A stretch of 63,956 nt of DNA, the filler included, from Globobulimina sp. (lineage: Eukaryota), in the NCBI GenBank assembly GCA_003354225.1. It is 19 parts of 19 records of this genome, joined end to end, with 100 filler letters (N's around TTAATTAATTAA, not from the genome) between each part and the next. Parts side by side here need not be neighbours in the genome. Positions count along the whole stretch, not along the records: positions 37,105 to 40,374 come from PIVH01003245.1; positions 40,475 to 43,744 come from PIVH01003246.1; positions 43,845 to 47,114 come from PIVH01003247.1; positions 47,215 to 50,483 come from PIVH01003248.1; positions 50,584 to 53,852 come from PIVH01003249.1; 14 more parts are not named here. The stretch is one strand, 5' to 3'. The stretch's first letter is position 1. Every line of letters starts with the position of its first letter. Below the pieces are notes generated by a model. It was not told the origin of the DNA. It did no database searches and saw only the letters and a list, made by a program, of their open reading frames with translations. Of the stretch, positions 38,268-51,006 are shown in pieces. The translations under genes were made by a program, and so were the position numbers.

Positions 38268-40163
38268 TCAAACAAACACAGCAGAAGATAACATATTAGC
38301 ACATTGTGTATTTTCACAATTCCTTGATTGTTGCAGCCAATCTAATAAATACGATTGAATTTGATCACTTGTTGTGTATTTCAATAATGTATCAATTATT
38401 AATGGTAACACACTCATTCTCAATACATTCCTCTCACTCATTTTATCACCACGATAATTCCTTTGTTTTTTATTGTTTTTCCTTAAAACCATCGTAAACA
38501 TTCTGCTCAAATATCCCATCTGTAAACATCTCTCAATATCAACGATATTCGAATCAATTAAATATATGACAACGACAATATTGCAGGATAAGAATGCTTC
38601 AAACATTCCATAATCTACATCAAATTTCATATTCCATTCACCATCATAACCACCACCATAATGTATATGCATTTTTTGACTAAATCCATTTCCGCTTTTT
38701 CTTAATACATTCAATAAATATTTCATATTATTCCATATTACATTCGTTTGGTTACTTTCTCTAAATTGTTTACAAAACATTGAATATAAAGAAATAAACA
38801 TTTTATGAACGTAATAAGTATTTTGATATGAAACATGTTCGAATTTTCCATTTTTAACATCAACCAAATAATCAATTATATATTTTAATACACCGCCATC
38901 ATTATAAACATCTCTGTTCGTCAATAAATCAAATAACAATGTTGATTTTGCATTAATTTGTGTACGTTTTATGTTTTTATTCAGCAACAAAGGTTTCTCA
39001 AACCATACTTTGTCGATATGATAGCTCGCATTTGTTAGTATCAATTTGATCATTTTTAGATCATTAATATATTTCTTTAATAAAGATATAATATGCCATG
39101 TTTCCCATATTCCATCGTAAAACTTTACATAAAACATTAAAATTTCTTCATTGCTTTCTTCTTTCAGCCATTTTGACCAAAAAAACGAATGAATATTCCA
39201 TTTGGCAATGACAGATTGCACAATTTTGAATTGTTTTGGTTTTAATATATTTTCATTACATAAAATATTGTTTTTTAGAAACATTTTCCATTTAAAGGAA
39301 TGCGAATAAATATATTTCAATGCAAATATAATCCATTCATCATCAGATACAATCTCTGAAAATAACATTGAGGTCGAACCAAACTGATAATCGTCAATAA
39401 TATCACAGATATTTTGAAATGGCATATATATCTCACATATATTTCGTAGCGAGTTGCTCATATTTTGTTTATAGTTCAAGTAAACCATAAATACCAGACC
39501 TAAATCACTCCATTTCTTGTTATTTGGCGAGTTATTGTTGTTTTTGATAACATTAAATACTTGAAATCCATTACAGAATAATTGATAAATAATGTCATTT
39601 GATGGCATGCCCGAAAAACAACCACTTAAATAAGCCATATTTGCATTGTGTGTGAAAGTTATAACTGATGGATATTCGCATAAATTAAATTCATATAAAC
39701 ATAATCTGCATTTATACCATAAATTTGTTAAATGTAATATTTTATTAATGATTGCGATTTCGTTGTGATTTAAATGTTTCATTACATGCCGAATATGACA
39801 AAATATACCAAATGGCATTTTGTGACTGGTTGAAAGTATGACAGAAATATCAGCGCCGTTACTTACTAATATATCAATTATGGACCAATAAATATCTTGA
39901 ATACATATATCACGCTCATTCTTTAGTTTTAATAATAGTTGGTATAATACATTGGTTTGAGGAGTGTTGCCGTTTAATAATTGATATTTGGATTCATACG
40001 ATAAATGTGGCAACAATTGAGTAAGTTGTTTGGAGCATCCTATCAATGCTTGTGATTTATCCGTTACTGCTGCTGATGGATGAATCCACTTTTGATCGAG
40101 TAATTGATCCAATCTACTTTCAACTGTTAAAACTATGGAATGTGATTCCATTTTCTGATGCAA
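38268..40163 (-). CDS. Hypothetical protein, about 630 aa
   Basis: Long ORF in AT-rich DNA; only a weak ankyrin-like LVSNGADI motif. Confidence 0.7.
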   Translation of the reverse strand: MHQKMESHSIVLTVESRLDQLLDQKWIHPSAAVTDKSQALIGCSKQLTQLLPHLSYESKYQLLNGNTPQTNVLYQLLLKLKNERDICIQDIYWSIIDILVSNGADISVILSTSHKMPFGIFCHIRHVMKHLNHNEIAIINKILHLTNLWYKCRLCLYEFNLCEYPSVITFTHNANMAYLSGCFSGMPSNDIIYQLFCNGFQVFNVIKNNNNSPNNKKWSDLGLVFMVYLNYKQNMSNSLRNICEIYMPFQNICDIIDDYQFGSTSMLFSEIVSDDEWIIFALKYIYSHSFKWKMFLKNNILCNENILKPKQFKIVQSVIAKWNIHSFFWSKWLKEESNEEILMFYVKFYDGIWETWHIISLLKKYINDLKMIKLILTNASYHIDKVWFEKPLLLNKNIKRTQINAKSTLLFDLLTNRDVYNDGGVLKYIIDYLVDVKNGKFEHVSYQNTYYVHKMFISLYSMFCKQFRESNQTNVIWNNMKYLLNVLRKSGNGFSQKMHIHYGGGYDGEWNMKFDVDYGMFEAFLSCNIVVVIYLIDSNIVDIERCLQMGYLSRMFTMVLRKNNKKQRNYRGDKMSERNVLRMSVLPLIIDTLLKYTTSDQIQSYLLDWLQQSRNCENTQCANMLSSAVFV

Positions 40164-40263
40164 GAAGCAAGCTAAGTAACTTAGTTAACGATATATTCAG
40201 ATAGATAACCTTAGATATTTAAGTCAACGTATTGCAGCCTTGATAACCGCCTGTATACAGAGC

Positions 40264-40374
40264 GAAAAGAGCATTCGGTCTTCAGCGTCAGATTTCTGGT
40301 ATAAGCAAACCGTTTCTGGTGACTGATAAAGGGAAAAATAATATAGGTTTGCCTTCGTTTCTCAGAAACAATAA
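40264..40374. mobile_element. Dispersed MITE-like repeat, copy 1 (copy 2 at 55566-55735)
   Basis: Shared core GGTGACTGAyAAAGG...GCCTTCGTTTCTCAGAAACAATAA; 40264-40294 is the inverse of 55706-55735. Confidence 0.7.
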
Positions 40375-41545
40375 NNNNNNNNNNNNNNNNNNNNNNNNNN
40401 NNNNNNNNNNNNNNNNNNTTAATTAATTAANNNNNNNNNNNNNNNNNNNNNNNNNNNNNNNNNNNNNNNNNNNNCAGAGGAAGTGAAAATAATGAAGAAA
40501 AGCACAATGAACCACAATTCCAAGCAGGCAGAGGTCCATTAATCAAAAGATCGCAACCTTCAGAATTTAAATATAACTCACAAGCCACTCAACCATTTTT
40601 TAATAACCAAAATACAACTTTGATGGTAGCGCATATTTTATTTTTCCGCACCAAAATCAGATCACTCAATTGATACGATCTTAGCGGATGATATTAATTA
40701 TGCGCAGGCAGCTGATCATATGACACGTGCAAATATCGCTTATTAACCTCCTTTTATTTATTATGGCACATTATGGATTATGCCATGTTGGCTTAAATTC
40801 ATTGATTCTGTTATTATTCTTCGAAGAAACACACCACACATATTTAGATATTGTGTCCAAGTATAAATTAATATTTATAGTATTTGGCATCGAAATATTT
40901 TACGATGTCTTAGAATTTATTGTGAAAATATGGATTCTTAATCGCGTTTCAATATTTATTGCTTTTATATTATATATTTTGTATGCATTCACATTTTGGT
41001 ACTATACAATATGGAATGCAGCAGTAACAATATTGTTTTTGTTGCGTTTTGTTGCTCAGAGATTGAATATGATTTATCTGAAAGAACCATCCATAATTTG
41101 AATATTCCATTCTGTTTCAAATCTGAAACTCAAGAAAGATTGGCATTGCTGCATGTATCCAATCATAGTGAGATACAGTTGGCAAATAACTGGCGATTCA
41201 AAGGTACAAAATGTGTCTGGATGTCTGAAAATGCATTTAAATGCGAAGTAAATAATAAATATGATAATGGTACCGGACCGTTATTTTATCGATGTCCGTT
41301 TAATTTTATGTTTGTAATCACTTACTGTGTGATTGGTATACCGTTGTTGATATTTATTATTGTCACAGTTTTCTTATTGACAATGAAACGGATGATATGT
41401 TGTTGTGGTGCTAAAAATAATACGATATTTGATGAATGTTGTCATCGATATAGTTATTAATTGTTTGTTTCTTAGAGTTTTGAAGTTGTGTGGTTTTTTT
41501 GAAAAACGTTTCATAGAAATTCTACTTTGTTTTAACCAGATACCA

Positions 41546-43006
41546 ATGTTTAGCAATTTATTTGGTAGAAATAGCAAACGGAACAATAAACAGGGACTTG
41601 TATGGCAATTAGAGCGTAATCATAAAACGTGGAGAATACGGAACAGCCCAATAAATATTAACGACGAATATATTTTATATTCAACAGACACAAATGTTGG
41701 CGAGAATGGAATTGTATTATATGACATAAAAAATCATAAATTTGATATTACCAAATATCCGCCACATATCTCACCAGAATATCATAGTTATTGTCGACAC
41801 AATGATGAGATTTATATGTTTAATACAGATGGAAGTATAATAATATTTGATATGAATCAAAAGACATTTAAATCCATTTCAAATATAAAAAATAAACAAT
41901 TAATTGGAAGATATAGTTCGTGCATTCATACCCGCATTAATCGAAGAGATATAATTCATATTTTTGGTGGTTTAGAGAATGAAAATCATTTATTATATTC
42001 TGTCGCGAATAATGAATATAAAATTGCTACTAATTTCGGTGTAAAACTGGAGAATCCGTCGGTTATTCATTTAGAATCACAAAATAAATTAATAATGTTT
42101 TGTGGCTATGCAGCAAAAACATTTTTTATTGGCTCTGTAATCAATGAAAATGAAATTAAATGGGAGATATCAAAAACATTAAATATACCAAATAAATTAC
42201 GTGATTGTGGACAAATGTTTTATAGAAATCATATAATAATATTTGGTGGCTGTGATACGAATAAACAGTATTCAAATAATATTTATTTAATAAATGTAGA
42301 AAATGGAGAAATTACAGAATTAAACAACATTCATTGCCCAGCAAAGGACAAATATCATGTTGTATTTATTAATAACAAAATACATTTATTTGGATTATGG
42401 AACAATATCAAACATTATAGTTTGTCCATCGATGCAATGAATAATATTTTACCTCAAATTAATAATAATAATAATCACAATAATGACAATAATGATAATT
42501 ATAAAGAAGAAAAGGAAAATATTATTATTGATGAACAAGAAAAAGAAAATATTATTATTGATGTGCAAGAAAAAGATGATGTAAATAGTTTGAGGGCGAA
42601 AATGAAAATCAAAGACAAAATAATTTTAGATTTAAAAAAAGAAAATAAAGAGTTACGATTGAAATTATTGGAATATGAAGAAAAAAGTCTGGATGAAAGG
42701 AAATATTTTGAATGGAATGCCAATATGATATGTTTATGGATTATGCAGATTGATAATGGGCTGTTTAATGAGTATAAAAACAAATTGTTAAATAATTTAA
42801 TTGAAGACGGAATTGAAGGAAGCGATTTATTTGATATTAATAATCATGATCAATGGAAGCAATTTGGAATACATAAATATTGTCATAGAAAAATTTTAAT
42901 TCAAAATATTAAAAAGTTACTTGATAACAATAATAATGGTAGCAATGCTAACAATTATCAACGTTATGAAGGTACCGCAAATTGTACAAAGTATATTGAT
43001 CGATAA
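41546..43006 (+). CDS. Kelch-like propeller + coiled coil + SAM domain protein
   Basis: IHIFGG and IIIFGG repeats; SAM-like EWNANMICLWI...IEGSDL...FGI...HRKILIQNI. Confidence 0.85.
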   Translation: MFSNLFGRNSKRNNKQGLVWQLERNHKTWRIRNSPININDEYILYSTDTNVGENGIVLYDIKNHKFDITKYPPHISPEYHSYCRHNDEIYMFNTDGSIIIFDMNQKTFKSISNIKNKQLIGRYSSCIHTRINRRDIIHIFGGLENENHLLYSVANNEYKIATNFGVKLENPSVIHLESQNKLIMFCGYAAKTFFIGSVINENEIKWEISKTLNIPNKLRDCGQMFYRNHIIIFGGCDTNKQYSNNIYLINVENGEITELNNIHCPAKDKYHVVFINNKIHLFGLWNNIKHYSLSIDAMNNILPQINNNNNHNNDNNDNYKEEKENIIIDEQEKENIIIDVQEKDDVNSLRAKMKIKDKIILDLKKENKELRLKLLEYEEKSLDERKYFEWNANMICLWIMQIDNGLFNEYKNKLLNNLIEDGIEGSDLFDINNHDQWKQFGIHKYCHRKILIQNIKKLLDNNNNGSNANNYQRYEGTANCTKYIDR

Positions 43007-43844
43007 TTGTTTTTAGTAATTATATAAATAATACGTTTCCTCTTTTGTTGTGTTGTTGACCTTGTTGTGTATTTTTTTTATAATTTTAATGTTTCCTATA
43101 ACTCTGTCGGATTTTGTCGGATTTATAAACTCTGAAATTGAAAGAAAGATTGGAATAGCCATTTGTTGATGAATATCTATCTACATAATCATATATTTTT
43201 TTCTCTCATCACACTTAAAAAAACAATTTTTTTTGGCATTTCTATATTAATCGGCAAGCTTAATGTTGTAAAATAATTGTTCATTTAAAAGAGGATCGAC
43301 AATCAACTGCATGATCAAAATTGATGCTCTTTGCCAGTCACTTATGGCTACACTTAACATTCTCATATATCGATCGACCTCATCTGACGGAGTTACTTTG
43401 TTTATCTTCTTTTTCTCATATAAAGCATGCAATTTCTTAATAATTTCATTGCGTCGACTACTATCACTTCGTTAAAAAATGTTGATACATTTGACTTATC
43501 CTGGAATATGTTGTGGATTGTTGATGTCGTGTTGGCTCTGACCATATGTTTGGTCTTTTTAGTGAATTTCATAATTCCTAACATGATATCTGTGAATGAT
43601 TTGGGGCAAATTCTCCATACAAACGCTAATAATTCACTGAGTGCCTCCTTCGAATCCTTTTTCTTTTTGTTTTTCTTTTTCTTGCTATCTGAGTCACTGT
43701 CATCTGAGTCACCATCTAAATAGAGACAAAAGGAAGGGGCACTTNNNNNNNNNNNNNNNNNNNNNNNNNNNNNNNNNNNNNNNNNNNNTTAATTAATTAA
43801 NNNNNNNNNNNNNNNNNNNNNNNNNNNNNNNNNNNNNNNNNNNN

Positions 43845-46800
43845 AAATGGAATTCATTTCTTCCCATTGTTGACTCAATAAGCGCTACATTCGATTTTAC
43901 AACTAAATTCACAAAATTTTCATTTCACAATTTTTTGTTTTTTTGTTACATTTCTGGACGACAAGTACCTAAAATACTTTTCGATGCTGATTACGAATAT
44001 GGCATATATTTTAGGCTTTATAGATAGAGAGGCTAATACATTCAAATCGTTTTAATTGATCAATTAATTTTGAATTTCTACATAAAAATTGAAAAAACGT
44101 TTATTCCAAAATGTTAACTTATCAGAGCACTTCGAAATCGCTAATTTAGATTCGACTCGACATGAGCTTATACATAGAAAGTAATATTGTGCTATATGCT
44201 TGGTGTAAATTTCCATTTTCATTCTTATTGTTAATATAGCTAAATAGTTGTTTTCATTGCACTATTTTCATTGTACTCTATTCATGTGATTGATATAATG
44301 TAATACAGCTATGTATAGTTGTGTGTGAAATTGGTCAATCCGATATCATCAGGCCAAATCCTCTTTCCCAAGAGCAAATCTGGCTAGGCCAAATGTTTTT
44401 TGCAAGAAAAATTTATTCGAAAAAAAGCTGGAGTTTTTCAGAACCACAGGTGATATTTTGATGATAGTTTTTTTTGCTTCTTTGAACACTTGTGCGACTT
44501 TTATTTTTTAGAGTGGTAAGGCAGACTGTGACACAGTAGCCAGTTTGATCAAAGGGTTTGTCAATAAAATATTGGACTAGGTCGTGATGTCACAACAGCT
44601 GGCCAGTTCATGGATGCAACAGCATTTGCCGACAAGCTCGAATCTATCATCATTTTTACTGGGACAATCTTGCCTTATGAGGCGGCTATAGTTGCACCAG
44701 AGCTACAACAAAAAGGCAGAAAGAAGAAAAAGAAGGCTGCCCCAATGCCTGGGATTAGCACATTTTTTCATTTTGATTATGTGGACAATGTACTGATTGC
44801 ATGGAACTATCCCACTATTGGTGAGTGACATATATGCATGTTTAACAAATTATTTTCTGTTATACTGAAAGAACTATGCACAAATATAAATGATAGTATA
44901 CCTTTTAGGCATTGGCATGCCTGTTCCAATAGATCCATACATGCTTGAGCCAAACAGATACAGTTTTTTTGCAACCAGAGAGCAACATGAAATGAAACCA
45001 ACTCGCGAGAAAGCAGCTTCTGAATATTGGCGAAAAGTTGGAACAGATGACCAAGAGGAAAGTGATGAAGGGCAGAAAGAAGAAGGTACTGAAGATGTTG
45101 ATGACCATGCAGAGCCAATAGCAGAACAGATGGAACAACATGAAGACATTGATGATCAAGGTGAAAGTGTCTCTGTAGAAGACATGTCACTGCTGTATCA
45201 TTGTCCAATCCAGGGTTGTATCAAGCGGTACAGGTACTTCAAAAACCTACAACGCCACCTAACTAAGGTTATAGTTATTTGCTGTACAAACAATGATTAA
45301 ATATTTCCTACTTGCAGGGAACCCACAAATTTGTGCCAGTGCGCGAAACTACACAAGACATTGCCCAAGGGATGTTCCTGGAAAGATTAGAACAAACACG
45401 TTTCATTCCAAATCTACCAGATATTGAAGCTACAGCTGAGGACCTTGGCCAACAAAGTTTGGAATGCGGCCAACCAATGCCTGAAGGTTGGGCAAGACAA
45501 ACCAAAAGAGAGACAAAACGGTTTTCCCCTGAACAGAGAGAATACCTAGACAAGATCTTTGATGAAGGACGCAGATCAGGAAATAAAGCCATTGCAGAAG
45601 ATATCCGAGATAAAATGCAAACCGAAACTGTTGATGGTAGGACAACAAAGTCAAATGTATACTATTGAACTGTACGTTTTGTATTTTAGGAATACCAAGA
45701 TTTAGCCCTGAAGATTTCCTTGATGAGCGCCAAATTGCTTCATATTGGAAAAGACGAGCAAAACTTCTGGAAAAGCAGCAAGACGATTTTCAACAGCAAT
45801 TAGAAGAGGCAGCAGAGGAACAGACACTTGAGGAAGTCGATATGGAAGATGTGGCTGATGAACTGTCATCCATTGATGATGAATATGTTGACATAGTTGC
45901 AAATAATGTAGATGTGACCATGGAAGATTAGATACCCTCTTAATTGCTTTTTTCTTACTGTTACTGTAGTGTCAAATTTCAAAATAAGTTTTTGTACTTT
46001 TTGTAGAGCTGCGATAATTTACTTTTGATGATAAGTATGTTGTTATATTTAACATTGACAAATCGGTGTTAATCAATTAAAACGATTTGAATGTATTAGC
46101 CTCTCTATCTATAAAACCTAAAATATATGCCATATTCGTAATCAGCATCGAAAAGTATTTTAGGGACTTGTCGTCCAGAAATGTAACATAAAAACAAAAA
46201 ATTGTGAAATGAAAATTTTGTGAATTTAGTTGTAAAATCGAATGTAGCGCTTATTGAGTCAACAATGGGAAGAAATGAATTCCATTTTCATAATCAGCAT
46301 AAAAAAGTAGTCCAGGGACACTATTTATGATCAGAAATACGAAAAAGAAAATTTTCGATTTTTGAAATTTCGAAAAATTCGATTGAGCATAACTGGTCAA
46401 GTTTTAACTTTTGGAAAAAATGGATCACAGTTTTGAATTCAGCATCAAAAACTGTACAAGGGAGCCAATTTTCAAGAAAAAATTCGAAAATTTTTTTTTT
46501 CCGACAACCTTCCACACCCAAAACACCCCCCATGTCCCCCCTAATCGACATTCAAAATGTGCCAATAATGTTTGCTATGCAGTTGTGCATCCATAGTATA
46601 AAAAATTAGCGCATGATCGGAACAATTGGGGGAACTGTAAGCAAAAAATTGAAGGGTGTCAGAGCAAAAAATTGGCTATCAATACCTTTACGGAGGCACC
46701 AAACCTTTACGGGTGGTCAGAATGGCTATATTCGGTTATCATTCGATTGTGCTGATCGAATAGTTTCTAATAAAGTTTTTTTCAACGTTCTAGCTTGATC

Positions 46801-47037
46801 TGGAGAGTAGCTGTAACAAGTTTTGCATTGCCGACAAATACGCAGAAATGTATGCAAATTTTCCAATTTTGCAACATGTAACTGATCATAGCGCCTAAAC
46901 CAAAGGTCGCAGCCCGAAACGGACATCGGATTCGTGTTTCCCATGGTCGACTTTGGGGGTATACATATCTTTTTCAAAAATTGCAGAGTGGTCCAAATCT
47001 GTAAGCAACTAAGGCTCACTTTGTAAAAAAGGGCATG
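43845..47037 (+). mobile_element. Sola3-like DNA transposon, internally deleted, with long terminal inverted repeats (43845-44060 inverse of 46072-46287; right repeat may extend to the TTAA at 47038)
   Basis: 216-bp near-perfect inverted repeat enclosing transposase exons. Confidence 0.75.
44428..45931 (+). pseudogene. Transposase C-terminal half, intron-containing, frameshift near 44575
   Basis: WSFSEPQ|SGKADCD, GRDVTT, PGIST, C2H2 CPIQGC...H...GTH, GWA, homeodomain-like RFSPEQREYL...QIASYW. Confidence 0.75.
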
Positions 47038-47727
47038 TTAAGGTTCTATAGTTTTTAATTTTACTTTTTGAACCTTTTTTATGTAATAATGTTACTTCCT
47101 GTGTTTTTCCTATGNNNNNNNNNNNNNNNNNNNNNNNNNNNNNNNNNNNNNNNNNNNNTTAATTAATTAANNNNNNNNNNNNNNNNNNNNNNNNNNNNNN
47201 NNNNNNNNNNNNNNAAATATTAGTTCAAAATTAATTAATAAGTGTTATTTTGTTTTATTTGGATAAGCTTGTTTCTGTCGGCAACGTTTACAATATCTGT
47301 CTTTGCCAACACTCGAGTATTTTTATTTCATTCATTTGGAATGTTTCTATTTGTAATGGCTTATTGTACTGCAATTTATTTCGGCATTAAAAAAAATCAA
47401 AATTATGCATCAATTTGTCATGTAATATTGCACATTTTGGCAATTATGTTCAATCTCTTATTATCATGCAATTTATCATTGATTGATTTTTGAATCTTTC
47501 ATCCATTATGTGCACTTTTCTTGAAATGTTCAGTGATTTAAACATTAAAAACAACTTAAATAAAGAACCTGTTGTACATTTTGCCAATTCTGTATCTTCT
47601 GTAATGTGAGTGGTACTGGTACCGGAGGTCTCTACTGGTCGCAAAGATACAAAGATACAGAATATATTACTTCTTTCAATCGTTTGCACCAAAAACTTTG
47701 TTTCATTTAACTTAAAAAAACTTAAAC

Positions 47728-50274
47728 ATGTTTGAATTTCAGTCTTTGAATGTGAAAGAACCGGAAGACATAGATTATGCAAAACAATATTTATCTCCCT
47801 GGTCTGGATACTTTAAAAAATCCATCAAAGAAAGACAAAAATCAGTCAAAAACGAAGATAATAACGCTGGTATATTACCATTAAACATTGCTGATATAAT
47901 GATTGAAAATTGTATTGGCACATTATCATTACCATTAGGAATATCACCAAACTTTATAATCAACAACAAACATTTTATTGTACCATTTTGTGTGGAAGAA
48001 CCATCCATCATCGCCGCAGCCTCCTCAATCTCAAAATTAATTGCAAAAAATGGTGGTTTTAGCACCTGTAATTCCGACAAAAACGTAATGATCGGACAAG
48101 TCCAAATATTAAACATCAATACAAATATCAACAATGCAGCCAATATTATCAAACAAAACGAATCAAAATATATCCAAATGGGTAACAACAAGTACTGTGC
48201 ATCCATGGTTAAAAGAGGTGGCGGTATCAACAAAATTGAATCGAGAATCATTGTGCCACGAATTTATAAACATAACAAAACTCAAAGAGAGAAATATTTA
48301 GTGGTCCATATTCATATCGATGTATGCGATGCGATGGGCGCTAACAAAGTAAATACAGTTTGTGAAGGTCTGTCTACATTATTTTTAAATGATTTAGTAG
48401 CGAATGGATGTAATACCGCAACAATTGGATTGAGAATATTAAGTAATTTATGCGTAACTCGCATGACCATGTCGATTTTTTGTATCCCAGTCGCAAATTT
48501 ATCATGGAAAGGTTTTGAAGGTATGATTGTGGCCAGAAAGATTGTGGAAGGTTACGAATTTGCAATGGATGATATCTATCGGGCGAGTACCAATAATAAA
48601 GGTATTATGAACGGGATGGACAGCGTTGCCACTGCATTGGGACAGGATTGGCGAGCCATTGAATCGGCGGCGCATTGCTTTGCAGGCCTTGATAATGATA
48701 ATAAATATGGTCCTTTAGCTCATTATTTTATTGACTATTCTGCGAAGAAAAAATGTCAATGTTTGTATGGGTATTTAAATGTACCAATCTCCGTTGGGAG
48801 TAAAGGTGGTTCAATTACTACACATCCTGGATATAAATATACACATTCTGTGCTTAATATGAATAATAATAATACGGAATTGACTGCAAAGGATATTGCA
48901 AATGTTATTGTTTCAGCTGGATTAGCGACCAATTTTGCAGCCATTCGTGCATTGGCAATTGAAGGGATTCAAAGGGGTCATATGATGCTGCATTCAAAGA
49001 ATATCGCTGTTTCAGTGTTGGAGAATAAGGAGGAGCAGTATTTGGTGAATGAAATATCTCAATTCATGGTGAAGAAGAAGGCGATAAATACAAATATGGC
49101 AAATAGATATGTCGCAGCGAGGAAGATTGAATTTGAAAAGAAAGACGAAAATGGTGGCGGTTGTTTTCCATCGACATTAATGGCTGAGATACAAAGTGAA
49201 TATGGTGTGGTCGAATTAGATGTGGTTATTGATACGAATATAATGCATCTGATAAATAAGGAGATGATGCATTTAGAAATTAAAGGTGATAATGTGAATA
49301 ATGAAGAAAAAATTGATGAGCCACAATTAATGGATGATATTATTTTGAAATTGTTTGGCAAATCCAGTGCTGATATTGCTAAGACCTATAATATGATGGA
49401 TTCGTTGAATATTTTATGTAAAAATGATGATTATGAATATAATAATGAATGTAAATCTGTTTTATTAGAAATTAAATTGTTAGCATTATTAATTAACACC
49501 GTATTCACTCAATATTTATGGAAACATAAAGACAATTCATTTATTCTCTCGATGTGTGACGAAATTGAAAATTATATACTAAACACATATGATAAACCAA
49601 ATGAAAATAAAGATATACCAATCAAGCCGGTGCACACAAACAATGAGTTGGAATCAAAATTATTTTGCCAATGTATAATTAAATCATTGTTACGTTCATT
49701 AATATTTCGTATAAAAATTGTTGAAAGGAAAATCATTACAGAAAATATTGGGCATTGTTTGTTAAATTGGCAGTTATCATCATTGTATTCATTGAAATAT
49801 ATTTATGAATTAAATCAACAATGTATTAAATTAAATGTACCCAAAACGGAAAATGAAATAATTTGTAAATGGTTGAATAATGTGTTACTGCAAAAAGCCA
49901 ACAAATATCCCGTTTTGATATTTTTATTCTCAAATATCTTAATTATAAACAAATTAAATGATTTAACAAAAGATTTTATTGCCGTCATTGAAAAATGTGC
50001 ATTGTTTTTGCAATGTAATATGAACCTTCATTATGATATCAAGAATGTAAATGATGGTAAACAAAGTAATATATATTTATTGTATTTGCAATTATTTGAG
50101 ATTAATGACACTGCAAAACATAAGGAATTATTTTCTACATTGATCAATGAAAAAATCAAGGAAATAGATGTAGAGATACAACAAACAATGGCACAGAATG
50201 AAGAATTACAAGCATTTTTTGATTTGAATCAACTGATACAATCTTTGCAATTAATAAAGCAAACTTGCGTTTAA
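47728..50274 (+). CDS. Class II (bacterial-type) HMG-CoA reductase with a C-terminal extension of about 370 aa
   Basis: ENCIG, VEEPSIIAAAS, DAMGAN, NNKGIMNG, GQDWRAIE, EGIQRGHMMLH. Confidence 0.95.
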   Translation: MFEFQSLNVKEPEDIDYAKQYLSPWSGYFKKSIKERQKSVKNEDNNAGILPLNIADIMIENCIGTLSLPLGISPNFIINNKHFIVPFCVEEPSIIAAASSISKLIAKNGGFSTCNSDKNVMIGQVQILNINTNINNAANIIKQNESKYIQMGNNKYCASMVKRGGGINKIESRIIVPRIYKHNKTQREKYLVVHIHIDVCDAMGANKVNTVCEGLSTLFLNDLVANGCNTATIGLRILSNLCVTRMTMSIFCIPVANLSWKGFEGMIVARKIVEGYEFAMDDIYRASTNNKGIMNGMDSVATALGQDWRAIESAAHCFAGLDNDNKYGPLAHYFIDYSAKKKCQCLYGYLNVPISVGSKGGSITTHPGYKYTHSVLNMNNNNTELTAKDIANVIVSAGLATNFAAIRALAIEGIQRGHMMLHSKNIAVSVLENKEEQYLVNEISQFMVKKKAINTNMANRYVAARKIEFEKKDENGGGCFPSTLMAEIQSEYGVVELDVVIDTNIMHLINKEMMHLEIKGDNVNNEEKIDEPQLMDDIILKLFGKSSADIAKTYNMMDSLNILCKNDDYEYNNECKSVLLEIKLLALLINTVFTQYLWKHKDNSFILSMCDEIENYILNTYDKPNENKDIPIKPVHTNNELESKLFCQCIIKSLLRSLIFRIKIVERKIITENIGHCLLNWQLSSLYSLKYIYELNQQCIKLNVPKTENEIICKWLNNVLLQKANKYPVLIFLFSNILIINKLNDLTKDFIAVIEKCALFLQCNMNLHYDIKNVNDGKQSNIYLLYLQLFEINDTAKHKELFSTLINEKIKEIDVEIQQTMAQNEELQAFFDLNQLIQSLQLIKQTCV

Positions 50275-50583
50275 TAATTGAATATTATTTTTGACCACTT
50301 CGTTCTCACCAATATTTAAAGAAGATTAAAAGTAAAAAGTTTGTGGATTTTGGATCTTTTTTGAATTCGTCTCTACTAAAAAACCTATAACAAACGTAAA
50401 CAATACGTAAACACTTGTAAACAAAAACTTTACGATAAAAAAAAAAGAAAACAAATAATATCAAAACCACATATTTCTTCCATNNNNNNNNNNNNNNNNN
50501 NNNNNNNNNNNNNNNNNNNNNNNNNNNTTAATTAATTAANNNNNNNNNNNNNNNNNNNNNNNNNNNNNNNNNNNNNNNNNNNN

Positions 50584-50874
50584 ATCTAAATAATGTTTAT
50601 AAATTTGCATTAAAAATTGACTGAATATTGCCTGTCCGTTACTGTTCTCATTTTTTGTGTTATTTAAGCTTTCATAATATTTTAATGCTTTCGTCACTCT
50701 TTCAACCGCTTTGCATCCATTTACTGCGCAGTTATTATTATTATTAGCACTGTCGACGTCATTTATTTCTGTGCTTAAAAAAAAATTAAAATCAAGGCTT
50801 GGTTTTGATGGTTTGGCTGTATTTGCAGTTTCATTGTCTTTTGAATGTGGCTGATGATGATTCCCCTTCGACAA
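50584..50874 (-). CDS. Hypothetical protein N-terminus, 3' partial
   Basis: ORF open to the contig edge. Confidence 0.45.
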
Positions 50875-51006
50875 TTAATTGGTGAAACGAATGAGTAATG
50901 GATTCTAAATAAAAGGCTAAAACTGTAAACACCTAATTGCCGGACATGCAGGCAAGTGCTGATTGCAATAATTGTGAAGTTTCTGCAAAGTTTTCTCTGG
51001 AAAAGC

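Noticed and set aside
43247-43744. Possible hAT transposase fragment (DEVDRY)
   Set aside because: The motif is too short and there is no WW or SERxFS dimerisation signature.
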